64,000 nt of DNA, from the NCBI RefSeq assembly GCF_006345805.1, contig NC_043008.1:4154001-4218000 (forward strand), written 5' to 3'. Positions 55,176-64,000 of this stretch are shown piece after piece. The stretch comes from Octopus sinensis (Eukaryota). How positions within the stretch are numbered: the stretch's first letter is position 1; each line of letters opens with the position of its first letter. Below the pieces are notes generated by a model, which made no database searches, was not told where the DNA came from, and saw only the letters and a list, made by a program, of their open reading frames with translations. Both the position numbers and the translations under genes were made by a program.

Positions 55176-55658
55176 GCCTGATTTCCTTTGAGAGTCAGTG
55201 ATGACACCTGAACTTCTATTTGTGTTTCAAACATAGTCAGCATAGTAGACAGAGGGCATAATTTCCAGTTGTTACATCTGTAGCTGCTATGGTCATGCAG
55301 AAGACTTCTTTCGAGCAAAGACGATGACAGTGAGATTGATGAATTATTTATCCTTTGACTAATAAAATCATTGTCTCACATACACCTGGAAGACATAAGA
55401 CCTTTAGCTCAGACATTATTCTCAAATAATCCTTCTCGGTAGTGACAAAACTGGGCAATGATTATTAACATGTGGCAGTGAAAATACTCTTTATAACTGA
55501 GGTACATGGAACAAGGAATGAAAGAGTCTTTCATGCAACATATAACACTGTACGTTAGTTGTCTTCAGCCACAATTCTGATCAGATGAAGCACTGCAAAT
55601 GAAATTGGAGAGAAAGAAACAACAGAATCTTATTAAACTACAGCTGATAGCAGACCTT

Positions 55659-55795
55659 AATTCCACTCACAAGGCAATGGTTAACCTGGGGTTATATCAG
55701 AGGACTAAAGCCCTATGTTGATGCAGTACTGTGCAGTGGGATGAAGCCATGTCTTTGTGAAACAAATTTCTTCACAACACAGCCATACACCTACC
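55659..55795 (-). mobile_element. Diverged SINE B head, left member of an inverted pair
   Basis: About 90% identical to the reverse complement of 60533-60667. Confidence 0.75.
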
Positions 55796-57945
55796 CTACA
55801 ATGTCCTTCTCAATATAAACAATCATATCAAAACCTTAATTTGAATAAACAAGCATTGCATGTGAGAGAGTAATTTTAATGCTAAGGGTTGTGGGGTGGG
55901 GGGCATGTATTCTGATGCAAGCATACAATACAGGTTTCCAGTCTGAGAATCGGTCAATATTTTAATATTTTGTTTCCTATTGCATCAGTTATGATTATGT
56001 TTTCCACCTCCAATTTTGCTCTCTCTAAATTTTGGCATTCCATAAATAGTTTTCCTTCCATCTCTGGCTAAACTATAAAAAATTTAACAGTTAACTTATA
56101 AGACATTTGCTAATGAAGCTGTATCCACTTGAAGATTGGAAACATGCAGCCTCCTCAGTGTTACGACCGATTGAAAGGTGACTTTGATCTGTCCAATATA
56201 TTGCTGTTTTATTATTGATGTTTAGGTCCAAGTCAGCCCAAGGAGTTAACACTTATCAAACTAATTCTTCTGCAAACCATACTTTTAGGTGATGCATCTT
56301 GGTCCAAAATAGCTCATGTGTCTGTCCTATTTTTTAAAAGAGGTGGGTGAAGATGAGGGATATTAGGCTTCTATTTCTAGTGAACACATAGAGACTCCTT
56401 CATCGACTCATCTCTGACCATAAATTTTTAACTTTGGAAATTAAGTATTTTTCTTATCTGTATTGCAATAGCATCAAGAAAAGCATTGACTTGGCATGGC
56501 TGTTTGTTTTAGATTTTATTTTATTTTCCAGAAAATTTCTTTATAACTACATTTGTAAAATATATTTTGAAATGTCAGCATTCTATATAAACACACACAC
56601 ACACATAGTGACAGTTTCAATATATTACAACCTTAGTTATTTTTTAGATTGGAATTTTTTTTTCTTTTTAAAATAAAGTATTAAATAATAAAATTTGATT
56701 TAAAAAAAGAACAACTAGTAAGCTATAGATAAAATTCTTTTTAGTACTAAGTTTCAAATATTGTTATTTTGTATTTCATTTTATTGAACACCATTCTTCT
56801 TTTATTAGCGTTGGTTTGCTTTATAATTCTTCTTAGTGACTTTAGTTTTTAAATTTGATTGGCAATAAATTTCAGCGATTTGGAAGTTTTTTATCTATAA
56901 AATTTGATTAAATTAACTTTGACGAAAAATATGGTGCAGTTTCTATGAAAGATCTTTTGCAGTATAACCGCCTTCTCACACAATATGAACCGAAAGAAAA
57001 TACTCTACACAGATAGTTGATATGTTATAAATAGCAGCCAAAACTGCCTCGCTTTGTACCCACCATAACCTGATAAAAAGACAGTGGTAATGGTGATGAT
57101 ACCATATATATACATGCATATATGTTGGGCAAGTTTCTTCTACTCTACAGCTGGACTGAACAAGGAATTGATGGAGACTAAAAGATGTGCTTGTGTGTGC
57201 ATGCATGAACGTGTGTTTATATTGGTGGTTTTCTGAAAATCATTCATCTGCAGGATTCAGTATGTTTGAATAAAAGATTATATGGTCATGGTTGGAACAT
57301 CTTTGATCATTGGTCAGCTGTGTTGGAATTGACCTGGGCTCCAAAGAAACAACAATTACTAATACTACAATAATCTCTGCTCTTTAGTATTCGAAAGCAG
57401 CACACCCCTTTCACCCTGGACCATCCACTGCTCTGTTTACCTTGTCACCCTTAAAATGTCTCACCCCACTGGTATCAGAATGAACATGTTTATCCAACCA
57501 TTCCTCACAACATCCACTGTTCAGTGGAAATCTATCCTTACTCACATTTTCCTTAAGGGCATTGAAATCTCAAACTGAACGTCAGCTTCATGAATTAAAT
57601 TCATAATTGCCTGGGAAAATCTACTCAGGACACGGTCACTACTATCTCCTCATTTAACTGGTTAATATAAAAAATGATAAACACATACATGCCAAGTACA
57701 TACATATAAATAAATATATATATATATATATATATTATGTGAAATAGAAAGATGAATAATCTTGTAGTAGATTAATCAAAAGTTTAACCGATACCTTAGT
57801 AGCAAAAATCACAGCAGTGAACAGCACGGTTGGAGGTACAACCATCTGGCGTTGCAACCGTGCGTTGGTGCGGATAATTGAAATTAAAACATTATTGGTG
57901 AATTGAAGAAATGGAGCTGAACGCAGATTGAACAGAAATCGTTTT

Positions 57946-58036
57946 ATTCATTCTACACGTGTTTCGAAAGGCACAAATTACCAAAATCCGATTGAATAAT
58001 GGGACCATATTGTGTCTTTCTCTTCAGGAAGAAAAA
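57946..58036 (-). ncRNA. Mirror copy of the minimal hammerhead ribozyme
   Basis: Reverse complement of the 58201-58291 motif; CTGAAGA reads 58027-58021, GAAA reads 57965-57962. Confidence 0.8.
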
Positions 58037-58200
58037 AAGGAAATCCGTTGGAAAAACAAAAACAGAACAGAGGCAGAGCAAAAAACAAATCGAACTGTGC
58101 TCCTAAGAGCCCATGGTGAAACTTGGGCTCTTAGGAGCACAGTTCGATTTGTTTTTTGCTCTGCCTCTGTTCTGTTTTTGTTTTTCCAACGGATTTCCTT

Positions 58201-58291
58201 TTTTTCTTCCTGAAGAGAAAGACACAATATGGTCCCATTATTCAATCGGATTTTGGTAATTTGTGCCTTTCGAAACACGTGTAGAATGAAA
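58201..58291 (+). ncRNA. Minimal type I hammerhead ribozyme (Penelope-type)
   Basis: Core CTGAAGA 58210-58216; stem II GAAAGACAC (58217-25) with GTGCCTTTC (58263-71), 8 of 9 pairs; GAAA 58272-75; palindromic stem III CACGTG 58276-81; predicted cleavage after GUA at 58283; stem I TTTCTTC with GAA(T)GAAA. Confidence 0.8.
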
Positions 58292-58344
58292 TAAAACGAT
58301 TTCTGTTCAATCTGCGTTCAGCTCCATTTCTTCAATTCACCAAT

Positions 58345-58384
<40 letters not shown>

Positions 58385-58429
58385 TCATCATCATTTAGCG
58401 TCCGTTTTCCATGCTAGCATATATATATG

Positions 58430-58975
58430 AGGCAAGTGAAATCGAAATCAAATTCAATGACTGGCATCCGTGCTAGTTGGGCACTAAGAGCACCATCCAA
58501 GTGTGATCATTGACAAAGCGGCTAACTGGCTTCTGTGCCGATGGCACATAAAAGGCACCATTTGAGCGTGATCATTACCAGCATCGCCTTACTGGCACTT
58601 GTGCCCCATGCTAGTGGGGTGCTAAGAGTACCATCCGAGTGTAATCATTGACAGAGCAGCTAACTGGCTTCTGTGCCGGTGGCACGTAAAAGGCACCATT
58701 CGAGCGTGATCGTTACCAGCATCACCTTACTGGCATGTGTAAAAAGATTCTAGCGAGGTCGTTACCAGTACCGCCTGACTGGCCCCATGCCAGTGGCACG
58801 TAAAAGCACCCACTACACTCTCGGAGTGGCTTGTGTAAGGAAGGGCATCCAGCTATAGATACTCTGCCAGATCAAGATTGGAGCCTGGTGCAGCCATCTG
58901 GTTTGCCAGCCCTCAGTCAAATCGTCCAACCCATGCTAGCATGGAAAGTGGATGCTAAATGATGATGATGATGAT
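58430..58975 (+). mobile_element. (GAT)n-tailed retroposon family A, long form with about 138-bp internal duplication
   Basis: Ends GGGCATCCAGCT...CCATGCTAGCATGGAAAG...TGATGATGAT; ACCATCC recurs at 58492 and 58630. Confidence 0.8.
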
Positions 58976-58999
58976 ATATATATATATATATATATAATA

Positions 59000-59150
59000 T
59001 ATTATTCAGGCCTTGTTTAACACCCAAATGTCCTTCCTGTCACCATTCTTTACCTGTTTTTCATGTAAGGAATATCTTATTCCTCATGTCTTTGACGGTG
59101 CGAAGTCTATGGGACAGCTTGTTGACAGGGGAAATGTCAACAATGTCACC
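59000..59150 (-). mobile_element. Possible Penelope GIY-YIG C-terminal coding remnant
   Basis: Minus strand translates LSENHSAMGGDIVDISPVNKLSHRLRTVKDMRNKIFLT*, resembling PLE endonuclease ends by recall only. Confidence 0.25.
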
Positions 59151-60208
59151 ACCCATAGCCGAGTGATTTTCAGACAAGTATCAATGTAAATACACACACA
59201 TGTACATCAGAATCATTCAAGCAATTTTGTTTGTTTCTAGTCTTCCATGAAAAATATATCTGACCATGGGTAATATTACCTTACTTGGAAAGAGGTGAGA
59301 GTTGGTGACAAGAAGGGCCATAGAAAATACAAGTGTAGAAAATCAGCCTCAACAAATCCCATCTGAACTATGCAAGTGTGGAAAAGGGGATGCAAATGGT
59401 GATGATGATGATGATGACAATATAAATGTAAGCACACGTGTATACATAAACACAGACGCATATTTATTAAATAGAAATTAAATATGAAATGGGGTTGTTA
59501 ATGAAAACATTTTTTCCAGTTTCTATAATAAATATTCACTATTGTAAATTTTTACAAATATTAAATGGAAATAAATTTAGAATATTAGGAAGGCATAATT
59601 TAATTAATTTGCTGTATAAATAAAATATGCTGTTTTGATAAAAATGAAAGAATAACAAACAGAAACATTTAAAAATATAAAAACTAAAAACATTGAACTC
59701 AAGAAACACAAAATCAAAATTTATAGCAAGGAGGTTTCAAACAATTAAATGTACCCCAGTATTTTAGCTGGTACTTATTTTATTGACCTTGGAAGGTCAA
59801 GAGGCAAAGACAACCTAAGCAGGATGAAAACTAAACTATGAAGAATGAATCAATTGAAGCTAGCAGTGACTGTGTTTGCATAATATCAATAATTCCTAAT
59901 TCAGACAATATTTCTTCTGTAAATATCCAGCATGTAGATTGTGTAGGGTCAGTGCTGAAAATACTGGACAGGATTATATTTCCTGTAATAATTTATCGAT
60001 ATATTTGGACATGTAACTCAGAAGACCATATTCAGTGATCTAAAATGAAATTTCATAATTTTCTATATATAACTCTTTCTATTCCCAGAATTTGCAACCA
60101 ATGTATTTCGTTTAACTGCTTCACTTATTCTTCTTGTATTTCTCAAGACTATTAAGATATCTCGTTTAATCTCTTTACTCTACATCTCTCTCTTTGCCCC
60201 AATATCTA

Positions 60209-60248
<40 letters not shown>

Positions 60249-60532
60249 AATATGCACACAAATACAAACATATATGCATATATATAATAGAATATACATG
60301 CACACACACACATGTACTCACACTAAGAAAATTGAATTACAATGATATTGAAGTTATATAACCTAGTTTTCAGCTAATGTTCCTCCATTCCTGCAAATGT
60401 TTCAGTCATAAATCATCCATACAACTACATATCCAAAGAATGGTTTGCAACTAGAGGGTGATTAGTTTGCTTTAAGAGTTTACATCATTTCATTTGGAAA
60501 TCAGAAAAACTATTAGAAGTTGGACATATGGA

Positions 60533-60667
60533 GGTAGGTATGGCCGTGTTGTAAAGAAGTTTGTTTCACAAAGACATGGCTTCATCCCACTGCACAGTAC
60601 CTCACCAACATAGGGCTTTAGTTCTCTGATATAACCCCAGGTTAACCATTACCTTGTGAGTAGAATT
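60533..60667 (+). mobile_element. Diverged SINE B head, right member of an inverted pair
   Basis: Shares the collapsed B-box region CATGGCTTCATCCCACTG and TGATATAACCCCAGGTTAACCATT with 55659-55795. Confidence 0.75.
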
Positions 60668-61138
60668 ATGTTGTTTGAAACTATTAGTAGTTTGTTTGTG
60701 TGTGTGTATATTTTACAGAATTCAGTTACTTGTACATTTCACTGAATGGACCTTCATAGCAAAGCTATCACATTTATGGAATAAAAAATATCTGCAAAAC
60801 ACACATTCCTGTCCCTCTTTCTTTCTTTAACTCATCTACTCCTGACACAAAGCCATTTCCCTCAATACTGCACACCGCCCTCTCTGGGAAGAGATCATGT
60901 CTTGTGAGTTTCTTGCTGACCTCACTAGTGCTGGTGCACTTCATAAAGTGATAGGTATTAGAAAGGACATCCAGTCATAGAAACCTTGCCAAAGTAGACA
61001 CTGAGCCCTCAGAGTAGTCAAGTCCTGTCGGACCATGCCAGTGTGGAAAAGCAACATTAAATGATGATGAAGCTATATATATATATATATATAAACAGTA
61101 TTAATAAAATAGAGGGAATGAGTAAAAGATTTTATTAG

Positions 61139-61180
61139 GTATGACACATGTTTCAACCCGTTCTGGGTCTCTTCGGATAT
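61139..61180 (-). ncRNA. Minimal hammerhead-like motif with U4-to-C core change
   Basis: Minus strand TAT CCGAAGA GACCC agaac GGGTT GAAA CATGTG TC ATA: stem II GACCC/GGGTT, GUC site, 3-bp stem I TAT/ATA. Confidence 0.6.
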
Positions 61181-61243
61181 TGATGGACATATAGCAGTGC
61201 GTAAGCCAACTCAGAAAATCTCTAGCGTGACTTTTTATTGATG

Positions 61244-61283
61244 TACTCAAAGAGACCCAGAACAGGTTGAAACTGTGCCAATG
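61244..61283 (+). ncRNA. Degenerate inverted partner hammerhead-like motif
   Basis: CTCAAAGA GACCC agaac AGGTT GAAA CTGTGCC; inverted copy of 61147-61173 with a decayed core. Confidence 0.45.
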
Positions 61284-61328
61284 CTTTACTCATCATCTGT
61301 TTATACATTCTATATAATTTCTCCATTA

Positions 61329-61564
61329 TATATATATGTGTGTGTGTGTGTGTTTGTGTGTATGTATATGTATATATATATATACATATGTATATATATA
61401 TGTATATATATATGTACATATATGTATATATATATGTATATATATATATATGTGTATATATATATATGTATATATATATATGTTTATATACATATATGTA
61501 TATATACATATGTGTATATATACATATATATATTTGTGTGTGTATATGTGTATGTGTATATGTA

Positions 61565-61604
<40 letters not shown>

Positions 61605-61614
61605 GATATATATA

Positions 61615-61657
<43 letters not shown>

Positions 61658-61666
61658 ATATATATA

Positions 61667-61702
<36 letters not shown>

Positions 61703-61720
61703 TGTATTGTATGTATGCAT
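61329..61720. repeat. Compound (TA)n/(TG)n/(TATG)n microsatellite
   Basis: Direct reading; other large tracts at 45365-45550, 47960-48525, 49815-50010, 51320-51410. Confidence 0.98.
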
Positions 61721-62885
61721 ATCATCATCATTGTCATCATTTAGTGTTTTCAATCCGGGTTTTGTCTCCGTTAATGGGGGTGGCCGGATCTACCTCAATG
61801 CCATAGCAACCACCCTCACACCATCTGGCCATCTTGCCTGGTTTGGGGCATCCTCCTTGTTCAAACCAGCCCTCCCAATCTCCTCCTCCACCTTTATATA
61901 ATGCAGAATTTAACAATTTATACACTTCATTGAATGGGTATCACAGCAAATCTACAATAGTTTTGATGATATAAAAATATGCCTGTTTCCATTTTGTATG
62001 GTGTACAATGGCAAGTAATGTTCATGCACCCATATATGTTAAACATTTGCAACATTACTGTATATAACTGTGTGTGTATGTTTGTATGTATATACATGCG
62101 TGTGTGTGTGTTAACCAATATCTTCCACTATTGCATGTTTGTTAAGGATATAAGTATTGTCAAATAAACTGATAGTTTGTTTATTGTGTAAAAGTCAGCC
62201 CGGGGCTAAAAATCTTAATAACTATGTTGTCACTGAACTCTTTTATTGAATCATACACAATTTTCAGAGACTGACAAAAGCTTTTTTTGACAAGGTTATA
62301 GAGGAAGGCATTTGTTCAAGGGATAGCACAGTAGGATCGACTGTGGCTTCTCGTTATTGATTTATTTAAACATTTTGTATAAGAATAGGGAATTATTTGG
62401 ACTCTTTTGAAAATGTCCTTGAAACCATTTGTTCTACATAGAATTGTGCATATTTCTCTTGTTGTTGTCACTGTTACAATTGGCCCATTGAAAGCCTATA
62501 ATCAGTAATACAACTGTTTACTGATAGCAAAATGAATATAAAAGTTATAAATTATGGGATAATTCATTTCAGCATTCAGTCTTATGAGAAATCTTTCCAC
62601 AGTCTGTTGGTTTCATTCCTTTTAAATTTATCTTTTACATCAGTTTTATAGTCTTACGGATTATGTTAAATATTTTTCTTAAGGACCAGAAATAGTTTGA
62701 GAATAGATAAGGATTAGATAAGACCATATTTATATTGGAAAAATTAAAATCTTTATATTCTATTCCAATATTGTAACGTATCCGCAAGCCTCTGCAACAG
62801 GAATAAATATTACTATCTGTATGAAATCCTATACAACCGATTGAAATGTTTATAACTTGGTTCTAAAATTAAACTATACCTTCTA

Positions 62886-63385
62886 TACTCTACTTGTTTC
62901 AATCATTAGACTGTGGCCATGCTGGGGCATCGACTTGAACGTTTAGTCAAATGAATCGACCCCAGTACTTATTTTTTAAGCCTGGTATTTATTCTATCAG
63001 TTTCTTTTATTGAACTGCTAAGTTTTGGGCTGCAAACACTCCAACATTGGTTGTCAAGCAGTGGTGGGGAGGGACAAACACAGACAGAAAATACACACAC
63101 ACACATATATATATATAGTTGAAATTTAAAGAAAAATGAAAGATGAAGACACCTGTATAAATAACAAACAGGTGTATTAGTTTGACACTTGGGAAGGTGA
63201 GAAATTCTATATATATATATATGATGGGCTTCTTTCAGTCTCTGTCTGCCAAATCCACTCACAAAGCTTTGGTTGACCCAAGGCTATAGTAGAAAACACT
63301 TGCCTAAGGTGTCACACTACGGGACTAAAGCCAGAACCATGTGTTTGGGAAGCAAGCTTCTTACCACACAGCCACACCTGTGCCA
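62886..63385 (-). mobile_element. SINE family B with a Penelope-like fragment nested in its microsatellite
   Basis: Collinear with 14651-15066; insert at about 63120-63205 resembles 43660-43730. Confidence 0.8.
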
Positions 63386-63851
63386 ACCCATTAAAATATT
63401 ATAATTCATGTCTAAAACCAAACTATATATGAGACAAATATTTAAAAATCTACAATTAACACTGACACCCAGAAAGTTAGGTCAACAGTTAAGTTAATGC
63501 ATTTTAAGAAATGCCTTTTAACCCATAAAATCAATATTTTAATATTCAGATCAGCAGCTTAAGGCATTTGGTTCAAAAAGTAAAACATTATAATGAAATT
63601 AATGTACTAAGACCCATACATTGGTATCTGAGCTCAATCTCTAAGCAGACCCTTCACTATTGCCATTACTTTGGGTAGCTTTCTCTTAAGACTATTAGAA
63701 TTTGAAACAAGTCTCCAAAGACTGTCAGAATAAGTTTTGCTGATGCGGTTGTGGAAGAAGGCATTTGTTTAAGGTACAGCACTGTAGGATTGAATGTTGC
63801 TTCTCATTATTGCAAAGCAATCATTTCTGTTGAACCCCTGCTCTAGTTTAG

Positions 63852-63918
<67 letters not shown>

Positions 63919-64000
63919 ACACACTTAAACACAAAGTATTTCTGCAATAGTCAGAGAAGTTCAAATGGGCTGCAGTGACATCAGACGAAATGCAAACTCA

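Larger units (their letters stand above)
57885..58353. repeat. Near-perfect foldback, arms 57885-58113 and 58124-58353, 10-nt loop; Penelope-like terminal sequence
   Basis: Right arm is the reverse complement of the left with only a 1-nt indel seen (GAATAAAAC vs GAAATAAAAC); loop TGGTGAAACT; right end abuts (TA)n; each arm carries CTGAAGA...CGAAAC typical of Penelope-like element termini. Confidence 0.95.

Noticed and set aside
57959-58278. Mirror-image 84-aa ORFs on both strands (MFRKAQITK...)
   Set aside because: A direct consequence of the palindrome; no recognisable domain

Overview
AT-rich, repeat-dense animal genomic DNA. The repeat set (tRNA-derived SINEs, (GAT)n-tailed retroposons, RTE/CR1-type LINE fossils, abundant (TA)n/(CA)n/(GATA)n microsatellites) resembles octopus/coleoid cephalopod sequence; this assignment is inferred, not searched. 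No intact protein-coding gene could be supported: the supplied ORFs trace to microsatellites, SINEs, decayed LINEs or a palindrome, so the window looks intronic or intergenic with a few candidate short exons. The strongest signal is a set of Penelope-type minimal hammerhead ribozyme (HHR) motifs. One pair sits in a near-perfect 229/230-bp foldback (57885-58353) with an intact-looking HHR on each strand reading outwards. A second, sequence-unrelated element at 61094-61328 has the same divergent double-HHR layout, and a variant-core copy lies at 43737-43773. The window also has other long inverted repeats (10525-10989 with one-directional transition bias, 35341-36171, an inverted SINE pair 55659-60667), a strong recursive-splice-type AG|GTAAGT site with a 62-nt stop-containing exon (11942-12003), and a tandem DR5 nuclear-receptor-type motif (39527-39563). 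All alignments and counts were done by eye.
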